From NCBI GenBank assembly GCA_043228905.1, contig JBHGNT010000011.1:2170001-2234000 (forward strand): DNA of 64,000 bases, written 5' to 3'. The translations under genes were made by a program, and so were the position numbers. This document shows, in pieces, positions 41,744 to 54,619 of the stretch; the stretch's first letter is position 1; the number at the start of each line of letters is the position of its first letter. Source of the DNA: Azolla caroliniana (taxonomy: Eukaryota; Plantae; Polypodiophyta). Below the pieces are notes generated by a model. It saw only the letters and a list, made by a program, of their open reading frames with translations, did not search any database and had not been told where the DNA came from.

Positions 41744-44104
41744 ATTCTATACACGTGGATAAGTGTGAGGGTTAAACGAGAGTGTAAAGAAGGGGAGGAT
41801 TACTTTTAATCCTCGGGATTGAGACAACCCATTAGGCCAAGTGTGAACTTGCATGGGGGCCTTGGGTCTCACTATAAATATTAGGCCTAGCTACCCTCAT
41901 TTCAGGATCTTTTGACTACGTCGAGACTCTGCCATTGTGATGGGTCAACTCTTGTAGCGAGCGAGCCAACACTAGGTACGACTCGACACCACGATGGTGG
42001 TATGGGACGCTGATTAAGGCTCGAGTCCGTCTCGATCCCTTCGCTTGGGGGTGGTTGGGTGGATCGACACCCTTGTTTCTCTCTCTCCTTTCTTATTTCA
42101 TATATGTTTTATCATTATCATATGCTTACGTTTGATCATAACTCTAACACACCTCAGGTGCATGCCTTAGATACGGCTCAGGTAAATCCGTGCTTGAAGG
42201 GTTTACAAACTCTGATATGTCGTCTGATGTTGATTCCAATCGATCCACATCTGAGTATGTGATGACTTGTGCAGGGGGAGTCATCTCCTGGCAATCAAGG
42301 CTACAAAAGGTTGTGGCATTGCCGACCACAGAAGCTGAATACATGGCTGTTGTAGAAGTTGACAAGGAAATCATATGGATGAGGGATTTCATTTGTGTAT
42401 AAGGAATGACGTGCGATCATTTCCTATTGCATTGTGATAATCAAAATGCCATCCACCTTGCAAAGAATGTTGCCTACCATTCCTAAACAAAACATATCCA
42501 AAGGAGATATCATTGGTTGAGAGAGAGGTAGATGAAAATGATTTTGCTCTTGTAAAGATCCATACAAATGATAATGGATCGGACATGCTGACAAAAGTTT
42601 TTTAAATGGATAAACTTAAAGCATGTTGGCTGAAATAAGCTTTGTCAACTCTCCCGTATAGGAGTGAAGGGGGAGTTTGTTTGTTGTGAAAAGGTGTCCC
42701 TCCTTATGGGAGAAGATTTGGCCAACTAGAAGTCGATTCAGTTAAGGGCCAACTATGTGTCGACCAAGTGCAAAGGGGATGGCTAAGAGCCGGCTACGTA
42801 CTAGGAGCCTACTGGGGAGCCAGTTATGATTCGGCTATCTGACCAAGTGCCGGATATGATCGGGTGGGAGCGATCTGGCTAAGGCTAAGTGTCGAATCGA
42901 CTGAAGCCGATTAGCTAAGGACATATATGTATGTATATATGTATAAATTGTAAACTGTAAAAAAAGAGAAGCATAATTAGAGAGTGTCAAAACTGAAAGC
43001 AGAGAATTATAAGAGAAGAGAGAGAAGAAAAAGGAGTGTGAACGGTGTGGATGTGCAGGTCAACGACTCTGCAGAGATCAGGTGAAGTTGTTCCCTTGTC
43101 TCTCCAATTCTCAATGTATATTCGTCAATTAAGACGAATACCTTACCAAGGTTGTAGTGATTATGTTCTGGAGTCAGTGGGCTCGTGTGGTTTTCCCAAT
43201 TAGGGTTTCCACGTAAAATTTCTGTGTCGGCTCTTTCACAGTTTTTTTTGTTTTGTAATACTTGCTTGTCGTCTTAGTAGCTTTAGGATAGACCTAAATT
43301 TGGCTGTCCAATCCTATATTTCCTGTCAATTTTAAAGCAACATTCGAACATTTTAAAGGGGCCCCTAACTTTGATGTTTCAACGTTGTTGGAATTCTGGT
43401 TGTATGCCTCAAACTTGGAAGGTTGATCTCATTAAGTTAGTTTCGAAGATGGCATCCCCCAAGTCATTTCATGAATGGAGGTCTATTTCTTTGATGGGGG
43501 GGTCATATAAGATATTTATAAAGGTCTTGGCAAATAGATTACAAAATTATTTGCCAAAGTTGATACATCCTGCCCAATATGGTTTTATTGTAGGTAGAAA
43601 TATATATTACATAATGTGTTGAATGTTCAAATGCTCATGGATTATGCATGACACACTTATCAAAAATTGATTATGCTGCAATTAGATTTGGAGAAAGCTT
43701 ATGATCATGTTAATCGCTTGATCGATCCTTTGTTTCCAGGTTAATGCATACAATGGGCTTTGGTTCATGTATGTCTCTCCTCGTATATTTATTAGGACAA
43801 AATGCAATGTCTCAAGTAATGCTTTGTGGGGCAATTACATTAGATATTTCCTTCACGATATCTATTCGCCAAGCATGTGCACTTAGCCCATTGTTGTTTG
43901 TTATTGTTACTCATCTCTTGTTAGTAATTTATTGAGGCTAGCAACGAATGGTGACATTGTAGGTCTACACCTTCAATCTGGAGGGCAATTGGTAGCATAG
44001 GGTTTGGCAGATGATTCGTTCATGTTTCTACGAGCCTCACGGGAGAATTTTGAGAAGGGGATGCTTGTATAGAACCAATTTGCATTGGCTTCTAGATTAC
44101 ATAT

Positions 44105-47100
44105 TGTGAAGTGAATTTTTGCTCGTAAGCAAAGACCATGGCAGATACATCAAATGCTAAGGTGTATAAGAATAAAGCACAATATGAAAGGTTCAAGAGT
44201 TAAAAGACCAATGAGATTAAAGTGATATGAAGTTAGAGGCGTTTTCCAAAAGTAGAAAAAGCAAGAAAATAGAAAAAAATGAAAAAACGCATACAAAGGC
44301 AGAGAAAGCAAGGTAGAGAAAAAAACTCATAACTTCTTCATCTCATGTCCAAATTTCAAAAGAAAAGATTCGTAAGAAAGCTGACAAAGAGAGCTTTCTT
44401 GTATGATAAATTTAGCTGACAAACTAGAAACAATGATATGAAAAATGCTCACACAAAATCAAGGATATAAGAAAAAAGCAAGAATAACACAACGAAAAAC
44501 CTATAAATATGAGGGTATTCTTAGCAATAGAGGGGGGAGGAATAGAATATCTACAAGAAGAAGTGAGGAAGAATAAGAATATTAGAAGAAGATTAGTTGA
44601 AGAAAGAGATAAGAAGGAAAGACTATTTTGACTAATAGTATATTGAAGTAGTTACTTCGAGTTGTTACATTTGGAATCGAAGAGGATTGTATTATTCTCC
44701 TAATAGTATATTGAAGTATTCTTTGCTCTTCTTCTTCTCTTCTCTATCTCTTTTCTTTCTCTCATCATCATTTTGGCGCTCTAGGGAGGGTCGATTCTTT
44801 CCGTATCAGGGGGAAGACATGTTTTGTTTGTATCCAATATGGCTTTTCAATTTGCTTTTGCAGGTGATGGGGTTCAAGATGCGGGAGCATTCTTGGCCAC
44901 CTTTGAACATCATGCAATATCAATAGGGAAGATGAAGGATTTTGAGAAACTTCCTCTATTGGTGGCACTTTTTATGGAGGAGCAAGGGATTGGTATGAAT
45001 CCTTGCTACCAAACCAATGATTGAATTACCAATTATTAGTAAAACAATTTAAAGCTAAGTATATTCGATGCCGAAATGCAATGGAAGTGCGAGAGGAACC
45101 CTTTCGTTTACAAATGTCATCAACAATGGAGTACATCGATTATGAGAGGGAATTTATTGACCTCTGGACTACATGGATTCGACTACGCGGTGGAACGGAG
45201 GATGAATGGTTTAAGATGAACCGCTTCAAAGTGGGATTAAGTCCACACATTGCATTGGAGGCAAATCTAAAGGATCCTACAACTTTCCAAGCACTTATCC
45301 AAACTTGTCAAGCCTATAATAGACAAATCCAAGTTCTACAAGCGAGAGTGGATTCAACAGTTGCAACATTTAAATCTCCTATTCTTCAACAATCACCAAT
45401 TGTGTATGGAGATAAAGTATTCTAGGCTAATGTTTTTACGACATATCAACGTAATGTTCCGGTGATACAAGAAGTTACTCGACCTGAGGTAGAAGGAGGT
45501 TTCTCGGAGCAAGTAAATCAACGTCTTGATGAAACTACCCGACAAATCCAAAACATGCAAGCAAATTTTAATGTAAGTCAAACTCGAGATGCTCCAAAAC
45601 CGAGGAGAGTGATTGTGTGCTACACGTGGTGTGGAGGGACATATATCTACACGATGCCCTTCACGACGACAAGGTGATTTGGTTCAAGGCATTCATCAAT
45701 TTCAAAGTAATCAAAACAACACTAAAAACAACTTTCACCAACTCAACAACCATGTGATAGGAGGGGAAAGTACTTTAGTGCAAATTCCAACAAGTCCCCC
45801 TAAGGTAAATATGCTTGACTTTGTGTATGATATAGTTGAAGATTGTGATGTTGCATGCAATAAGACAACTACTGCATCACATAAAAATAAAGAGTTGGAA
45901 GGAGAGGCTAGTAACTCTCAACAAAAGAAGAACTTTAAGGAGACTAACTTGGAGGATTGGCCTAGAAAGAAGTATCCACAAAGAAAGATTAAAATTGATG
46001 ATATGTCAATGGGGAAAGGTATGGAACCATTTGATCTCAAGCAAAAGCTAATCTCTAGTGGACCCACATCACTTGGCCACAACTTCAACTTTCTCCATCA
46101 CTAAAAAAGGATTGGGGACGTTGTCGCGAAGATGCGCGTGCGTGCGTGCTTCACTTGAGCGGGACCACTGGGGTCTTGGACCAGGGAGGATGTTCACGAA
46201 ATTGTCGAAAAGATGACGACATGTATGTAGGAGTCGAGGAAACTAATGTCACACTTGAGAAGATCGAAGATTTTTATACTTGAGAAGAAGATAGATGTCA
46301 AGAAGAAGAATAAGAAGAGTATTATATTATTATTGATGATGATGATGATGATGATCTCCAAATTGACCCCCTTTACACAAGCCCAACTAGAGGCTTTTAT
46401 AGGTCTCTGCATGCTTGTGACATGCACAAAATCATGGGCTAAAACCATGGTTTTGTGCACACGGTTTTGCTTATGACATGCATAAAACCATGGGTTTAAA
46501 TCCATGGTTTTGTGCACACGGTTTTGTACGTTTGTTTCCTATGGAATACTGAATATGACAAGAAAATATACAAAATCTAAAGCACTTAGTAATAGCTTTA
46601 GCGGTAAGTTAATTGCCTCCTATCTTAGAGGTGCAAGGTTCAAATCTTTCTTGCACCCCTCTATACACACTCAATGCCATTAGGCCCTAGGATTATTAAT
46701 TATTGATTTATTTTTATTTTTACAAGTATTTGTGTAATGTGTGTGGAACCACACTTTTTCTCCCACTGGACGTGCAACATCACGACATCCACCCCCACCA
46801 AACCGCACATCCTCTGGTATGTACCCAAAAGAAAAGAGTGATGTGGTGGGGTCAAAGGTGGTTGGTCTTTGATTTCCTCCTTTCATGCGCCTCGCCCGCA
46901 CCGTCTTTTTATCCTCTACTTCGAACATGTCTCTTGTTTCTACCGAAACCGTTGTTGCCATCCAATCCACCATATCATTCGCTCACCCTTTGCATTGTCA
47001 TGTCTGGTTGTCATGGCTCCCTTTGCTCCTCCCGAGCATAACGTTTCATGCCTTGCGCATGTACCACCTTCATCTTGACCATCTCTTTGGTCACCTAAAT

Positions 47101-50100
47101 TTCCTTTATCATCCTTTCTCGTCTCATGCTTGCCTTTCCTTATGCTCACCAGGCTCGATCGGGTGTCGTGGCTCGTCTGCTTCGACCTCCGACTAGGCCA
47201 ACTCAACTTCTATCTTGATCGGTCTCAACCAATCAGCTTCTGGCTTGGTCAGCCTTCGTCTAGATTCGCATTCGGCCGAATCAGACTCAGACGATCGACT
47301 TCCGTCCGGGTCCGTTTTCGTCTGGTTTTAGGTTGGGTCGGGCCCGGTTGATCAACTCTAGTCTGGGTCAGAATACCAACTGCGTCATCTTCCATCTGCA
47401 TTGTATTCCGGTTCTTCCTTTCATGCCGCTCTCTGGATCTTCATCGAACTCTATTGTAGCTTTGTTTTTTGCCTCCTTGTTGGCCACCGTTCCTCCGTAT
47501 GTGCTAGCTTCGACCCTCATCTCCTTGCCACCACCTTCCATCTCTCCGGTCTTATGTTGGCTCTCGAGCACAACTGCCGAACTCTCCGAAACCGGTGTGA
47601 GGGATCCCTTCGTCTATGGCCATCCTCCTCATCGCCGTTTCGGTCCTTCGATTTCCTGCCACCACCTTTCGTCTCTCCAGTCTCACGTTGACCCTTGGGC
47701 ACAACTATCGAAGTCTCAGGAATAATTGTGGGGAGAACCTCGGCACCATCGGTCACTGTCAACTCATCCATAGACATCTTTCCCTCAACATTGTTATTCA
47801 CATTGGCTTCAATCTTTGCTTCCCCACCACTTTCCGTCTCTTGGGTCTCATGTTGGCTCTCAAACACAACTGCCCAAGTCTCTAGATCAAGTGTTGGGAA
47901 AGTCTCGACACGGCCATCTGTCGTGGACTCGTGCATAGCCATCTTCAACTCGATGTCGTTCCTCATGGCTACCGCCTCAACCACGTCAGCCTAGCACTCT
48001 TGATCTCCCTTGATCACGCAAGCTTTGCTCATGATTGCACCTTCATCACTCAATAGTTCAAACACAACGTATGTTCCGAAATGCTCGTCCACTCTCAAAG
48101 CGGCGTTCCCCGCTCTTGAGTCTTCGACCTTATGCTCGACCATTGTTTCTCCACAATAAGAGAAGGCGACTTGTTGTGCACCTTGTCTCTTGGTATTGTC
48201 ATACCAAACCTGAGCCTTTGTATCGGCCACTTCACTAACCTACCTTTGTTGGGAGGTCTCTTCTTCCTCGATCATCATTCACCTCAATTTGGGCTCCATT
48301 TTAAGCTTCTCTTTAGCCTTGACTTGTGACTTTAAGTTCTCAAATGCCTCTCTCCTAAAGCCTTTTATGTCGAGTATTCTCGAGCCTTCCCTCTTTGAGC
48401 TTTCTTCCTTCGATGGTGGCACGTTGCCGCATCTTGTCCTTCTTCGATCGTCCCTCGTGGGTTGTGACATTGTCGACAAGATTCCCCTCTTCCTCTTGTC
48501 ATTTTTTCGGCATATTCTTTTGACTTCGGCCCAATTCTCGGTGAGGTCATTTGCTCCATCATCGTCCTCAAGATTGATTCCAATTGCCTTCCTTTCCTTC
48601 TGATCGATTGACTTCACGAACAACAGGACCTTATCCACCCCCACCAATCTTTGTTCCCACTCTGAGAGTTGAGCAAAACAATGCTCAAACTTTAGGAAAG
48701 CATGCATGACACTTTGGTGGGTCTTCATTGATGATACCCATTGGTCAAACTTGCGCCAACCTCATCCCTTCGGTTTCTCGTATCTGTATGCCTCCAATAG
48801 AGCTTTGTCATCCATCTTCATCCTCCCTTGCCGCTCTTCCGGTTGGGTTCACCAAAAAGATGACGCAAAGATGCACGTGCATGCTTCGGTTGAGCAGGAC
48901 CACCGGGGTCTTGGATCGGGGAGGACGTTTGCGAAATTGTCGAAAAGATGACGATGTGTACGTAGGAGTCAAGGAAACTAATGTCAGACTTGAGAAGATC
49001 GAAGATTTTTATACTTGAAAAGAAGATAGATGTCAAGAAGAAGAATAAGAAGAGTATTATATTATTATTATTATTGATGATGATGATGATGATCTCCAAA
49101 TTGACCCCCCTTACACAAGCCCAACTAGAGGCTTTTATAGGTCTCTGCATGCTTGTGACATGCACAAAATCATGGGCTAAAACCATGGTTTTGTGCACGC
49201 GGTTTTGCTTATGACATGCATAAAACCATGGGCTTAAATCCATGGTTTTGTGCACACAGTTTTGTACGTTTGTTTCCTATAGAATACTAAATATGACATG
49301 GAAATATATAAAATCTAAAGCACTCAATAGTAGCTTTAGTTGTAAGCTAATTGCCTCCTATCTTGGAGGTGCAAGGTTTAAATCTTGCTTGCATCCCTCT
49401 ATATGCACTCAATGTCATTAGGCCCTAGGATTATTTATTATTGATTTATTTTCATTTTTACAAGTATTTGTGTAATGTGCGTGGAACCACACTTTTTCAC
49501 TTTTTCTCCCACTAGACGTGCAACATCACGACATTGTGTATCGAGTATACAAGAAAGTATAAAGACATTACATGGGGTGAAGACCCGGTGAAGATTGTGC
49601 AAGTGGAAGATCGAAAAGATATTTGACCCACTATTTCGGTAACCATTCATGGTCTTTTAATTCAGGATGCCTTAGTAGATAGTGGTATTAGAATTGATCC
49701 TACATATAATGTCGTCGTGAGTAAGATTGAAAATCCTATCTATCAAAAGTCCTCTATCAAGGTAGACATAGTTGATGGATGTTTAGCCTCTCCTTTTGGA
49801 GTTATAGAGGATTTTGAGTGTTTTGGTATATCTATTTCCATGGATGTACATGTAATACTCCTTAAAAGGTCATTTTGTTCCTTAGTGTTAGTAAGACCTT
49901 GGAAGCAAGAATTATATGTAATACAGGATTGGAGTAGGATGAAGTTATCACCATCGAAGAGGTTTAACATCTTCTATGAGAAGGAATCATCTATCGATTA
50001 TGGAAAGCAAGAAGAAACAAGTGATGGATCTTCATGGGATAGAGAAAATAAATTGTTCCACATGGTATTTACAAATGAAGGAGAAGTCATTGAAGAATGT

Positions 50101-51667
50101 ATTATCACCTTAAAGGGAAAAAAGAAGAAAATTTCAAACGATGTCCACTGAGGAAAGGATCTAAGGTTTATTCCTCCTCTTTCTAGGTTTCCAAAGTTAT
50201 TCATAAATGACTATTCATAGATAAGAGGAGAAGGCATCAAGTACCACATCAAGTTGAAAAAAAGCATATTGATTGCCCAAAAGCTTCGACGATTGGAGAT
50301 TGTGCAAAAGGAAGACATTATAACGGAGTTCAAAGCATTGTCTCAAGCGAGTTTCATTTATCATATGGAGGATTTGAAGTGTGTCTCGCCCGTTGTTGTG
50401 GTTCCAAAGAAGAATGACATTGACTTCAAACCCTTAAATGACTCAACCAAACAAGATCAACTTTCAATTCATTTTTGAGATGAGACTCTAGATGAAATAG
50501 TCATATATACAAGACAAGGTAATGTGGAGAATGTGGTGTGCCAAGAAGGAATTCATGTTGATGCAGCAAAAATCGAAGTAATTCAAAAGGTGACAGCTCC
50601 AACAAGTTTCAAAATATTGAAGGTATTTGTGCAAAAAGTTCGCTCACTTGAAAAGTTTATTCATATGTTGACGTGCCTACTTCTCTCAAGAACTATCTAT
50701 CGCATGGCCCTTCTTGTGTTTTGAGAGTTGATAAAGACATAATAATTGTGGTAACATCTTTCTTTCTGATGACAAGGAAAAAGATGGTGATGGTGATTGT
50801 CAATGTGTGTGTGTTTAGGAGTGTGAGATTTTTTTCCTACTGTTTAACGAGGGTTTTTTCTCACACAATAATTTGATATCTTTTTAGCACTTATACTCCT
50901 TCTTTGTCTATAGCCTACCATAAGGCGAAGGAGTTTTTTCCTTTTCTTATTATTTTAGGCTCGCCATAAATGGTTTTCTCAACAAGTAAGGAGGGGGGCT
51001 AAATGTGAAGTCGATTTTTGCTCGTAGGAAAAGACCGTGACAAATACATTGGATGCGAAGGTATAAAAGAATAGAGCACAATATGAAAGGTTCAAGAGTT
51101 AAACGACCAATGAGATTGAAGGGATATGACGTTAGAGGCGTTTTCCAAAAGTAGAAAAAGCAAGAAAATAGAAAAAAATGAAAAAACGCATACAAAGGCA
51201 AAGAAAGCAAGGTAGAGAAAAAAACTCATAACTTCTTCAACTCATGTCCAAATTTCAAAAGAAAAGATTCGTAAGAAAGCTTACAAAGAGATCTTTCTTT
51301 TATGATAAATTTAGATGACAAACCAGAAATAATGATATGAAAAACACATCACACAAACTCGAGGATATAAGAAAAAAGCAAGAATAACGCAACGGAAAAC
51401 CTATAAATATGAGGGTATTCATAGCAATAGAGGGGGGAGGAATAGAATATCTACAAGAAGAAGTGAGGAAGAATTAGAAGATTAGAAGAAGATTAGTTGA
51501 AGAAAGAGAGAAGGAAATACTATTTTGGCTAATAGTATATTGAAGTAGTTATTTCGAGTTGTTACATTTGGAATCTAAGAGGATTGTATTGTTCTCCTAA
51601 TAGTATATTGAAGTATTCTTTTCTCTTCCTCTTCTCTTCTCTATCTTTTTTCTTTCTCTCATCGTCA
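44105..51667 (+). mobile_element. Internally deleted non-chromovirus gypsy (Athila/Tat-like). LTRs 44105-44770 and 51004-51667
   Basis: TSD CATAT; PBS-like TGGCGCTCTAGGGAGG at 44774; gag with CYT.G..GHISTRC knuckle; ALVDSG protease; fragmentary RT (VSPVVVVPKKN); PPT at ~50988-50998; no integrase seen. Confidence 0.88.
46122..49533 (-). mobile_element. Non-autonomous LTR element (gag remnant only) with tRNA-Trp PBS. LTRs 48861-49533 and 46122-46787
   Basis: Two ~670-bp direct repeats ending TCACGACA. Minus-strand TGGTGAACCC at 48854-48845; PPT GGTGGGGGTGGA at 46799-46788; gag-like ORF 48279-48728; no pol motifs. Confidence 0.88.
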
Positions 51668-52918
51668 CATATTAACTAGAGGAAGTCTAGCCACATATCA
51701 TGCATTGAAAGGGATTTGGAATGTCTAGGATGGCAAGCATATGTGGTTAGTAAGTATCTAGTAAGTTAAAGGATAAGTTCATGTATTGGAAGCCACAATC
51801 TTAGCCATTTCATGTACACTCTAAGGTTGTACAATGTATTATGGAACCCATGATATTACATTACTTGCCATTGTTTCCATGGATGAAGTAAGACTTTGCA
51901 TTCTATTTTGAAACCTCTTCAATATTTGTTGTGGAGGAAGAGGGATAAGATAGGAATCACATCGGTTGGGTGGAATCATCTAGTAACCCCTAAGCACTTG
52001 GGGGAAGCTTGAAAACTAGACTTATCTATGCATATGATGGCTCGTAGATTTTCATTATTGGAAGACATGTGTCTAAACTTTATTCAATATTTTATTGAGA
52101 ACAAGGATTTACCATTGGGAGGACAACGACTAAGATTCATGATGGCAATTATGGAATATATATATTTCACTTACGATTCTTGGTTCTTCATCTACTCAAC
52201 ACCTGGTTGTCTCATGGCAAGAAGTTCTCTCATTATGTGTATGGAAACCATCATCTAGTAAAGAATATTGTAAATTTTCTTTGCAAAAAGAGTTACTTGT
52301 GTCTTCACGGTTATTATGTTGGCCTGGAAAGGAGAGAGTGTCATATCCGTTTAATCGTTTGTTTCGTTTGGGGGTCAACGAGGTAAGAGATATTGTTGAG
52401 GCTCCATCTCAAAGAATTTTGGAGTTTGTTGAAGCGCAACAATTATGGGTTTATTGGGCAACAACTACAAAATATTGCATTGATGCAAAGTCCTTTACCT
52501 TACAAATAGAAGAGCAACCATGGATTGATTGATATTTGTGGGTTCAAACGCCTTTTCACAAGTGCCTATTAATCTTTTGTATCATTGCTCCATTGAGTCT
52601 CTTTGTTGGGTATCATCTAAGGCTAAAGAAGAATGGAAAATACATAACTCTGATCATGGATGGTGGCAAATCTTAAATGTTAGTCGGCATTCTAAGTTGC
52701 CACGTGTAGCAAAGGTCTTCATTTGAAGAGTTTTGATTAGGGGTTTGCCTTTGGGATTAGCTCTAAACCAACATGGACTAGCAACGAGCAATTATTTGTT
52801 TTGCATTGTTCAAATGGAAGATAGTGCTCATCATTTCATATAATGTTTCTCAAATTTGGCAAGTTTTATCACGGTGTTATTGACGCCTAGACCATGGGTA
52901 TTTGCACAATTCATACAA

Positions 52919-54264
52919 TGTCATGTAAACACCCATGCATGTCCTACTTGAGCTTGACCACTGGGGTCTTAAACTAGGGAGGAGACAAGGACTAATAGGG
53001 TGCGGATGATAGGGAACTCGAAGGATCTTAGGAGTTGAAAGCTCAATAGAGTCAAGTGCTCCTCCGACTCAGAGGCTTGTTAGAGGCGAAGGTTCTCTTC
53101 AATCAAAACCTCACCTACGTCAAATGATCCCAAACTCAAATGTTCCCAAAAGTCGAAGGGCATGCAAAGTTGAAGGGAGAATAGAGTCAAAGGGAAACTA
53201 GAGTCGAAGGGAGTGTAGAGTCAAAGGGAGATCAAAGTCGAAGGGAGACCAGACTTGAAGGCTCCCCGAACTCGAAGGCTCTCCAGAGTTGAAGTCTCAT
53301 AGGAGTCGACGGGATGACGAGCCAGACAACGATTAATGCATGAGGTTAAGATCAAAGTACACGATTAACACAAGGAAAATGAGATTACAAAGGATTTTCT
53401 TAGTATTAAGATGAAAAATGGGCCTCTTTTTAGGGTGAAAAAAATAGTTTAAGAAAAGAAAATCCCTTGATAAAATAGGGTTACAAATGTACTTAGTGAT
53501 TAGATACAACGGCAATAACGAAAACTAATACAATGAACGATTCGAAGATAACCATTAAGCTTAAATGGAAATGAAAGTTGGGGAGTCGATCGAGTTTTTG
53601 GCGAAGGCGAGTGGGCCCGTCGAGCCTGCGACTACCTCTAGCGACTATAATGCCTCGAATCGGAGTAGTGTTCTCATGCCACTCCGTCTTCCCCTCAAAC
53701 GGTAGGTGTGTGAGTTTGCCTAACTCTTTCGTTGAATCCATCCACATGTAACGACACTCGCTAGAGAATCAGTCTTAATGTACACTTCAGAACAAGAAGT
53801 AGAAGAACCTGAAAAGCTCATAAAGAAGAAGAAATAAACATAAACTCTCACAAAGATGGTGAAGAAGAAAAACCCTCACTCAAGTATGTTGAGAAGAGGG
53901 AAGGAAACCCCTAAATCCAAAGAAGAAAAAGAGGTAGAATCCCTAATGGTGTACCCGAAACCAAAAACAAGCAACCTGAAATAAGCCCTCTTATTCTCTT
54001 TTTATATAGAAAAAGAGCCGCCTAATTTTTACATTAAATGCACTTATTCCCTCTATGTCTTAAGAAAAGAAAAGGGAATAAATAGTCCTTAATTCATCTA
54101 CACCCATGTCACCCTAACAAATAGATCCAACCTCTAACCAATAGATTATTCACATCTACTTATTATATATTATATTTATCTTTTTATATATACATATGTT
54201 TTTATGATGTGATTGGATACTCCTTTTTCCACTTTTCTACCTTTGGCCATGCCACATCACGACA
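52919..54264 (-). mobile_element. Long solo LTR related to the 46122/48861 LTRs, with internal ~21-bp tandem repeats at 53150-53300
   Basis: Shares TTGAGC..GACCACTGGGGTCTT...AGGGAGGA near the left end and ACATCACGACA at the right end; interrupts the LINE. Confidence 0.72.
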
Positions 54265-54619
54265 ACGCGTTGACCCAAAATAAGAGATTGAGATCATTTT
54301 CCTATTTTTGAGGTATTGTGGATTGCATCATAATTGGGATATGTTCAATGGTTGTGTATTTGATGGTAGGTATGGAGACAAAGCATATCTACGAAAGTTG
54401 AAGTACTAATGTGACAATTTTCTTTATTGGAGCAAGTGGAAATTTTTTCCTATATGGATGTTCTTCTTGCCTATTGGCAATCAACATGTTCCACTACCCA
54501 TGTCGTTTGTGTGTGCCCATACTCCACTGTGACACCCATTGTAAGTAGTGTTTTTCTCACACATTTATAATTGTGTGCTTTCACCAAAGAGAGAGAGAGA
54601 GAGAGAGAGAATCATTAGA

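Larger units (their letters stand above)
30818..42149 (+). mobile_element. Full-length but decayed Ty3/gypsy chromovirus. 5' LTR 30818-31272, gag-PR-RT-RH-IN-chromodomain ~32950-37740, 3' LTR 37753-37806 plus 41744-42149
   Basis: PBS TGGTATCAGAGC at 31275-31286. Motifs [60 protein letters not shown] and chromodomain PERILD...YKIKW...DATWE. PPT at 37741-37752; TSD TACCT/CACCT. Confidence 0.95.
27860..43341 (+). mobile_element. 5'-truncated copia (Tork-like) RT-RH plus 3' LTR, split by nested insertions into 27860-28522, 30528-30817 and 42150-43341
   Basis: ADHCVFVKK...LLLYVD...SQEKYV|TKVL...YLRGT|SGACLRYG...WQSRLQKVVALPTTEAEY reads through across both inserts. PPT GAAGGGGGAG at ~42666-42675; LTR ~42678-43341 ends in CAACA. 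Confidence 0.88.
43342..54470 (+). mobile_element. Decayed L1-like LINE ORF2 in three pieces: 43342-44104, 51668-52918, 54265-~54470
   Basis: WRSISLMGGSYKIFIKVLANRL, QYGFIVGRNI, LDLEKAYDHV, SIRQACALSPLLF and ADDSFMFL; LHI|N.RKS joins across the insert; a zf-RVT-like segment lies at ~52700-52840. Confidence 0.85.
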
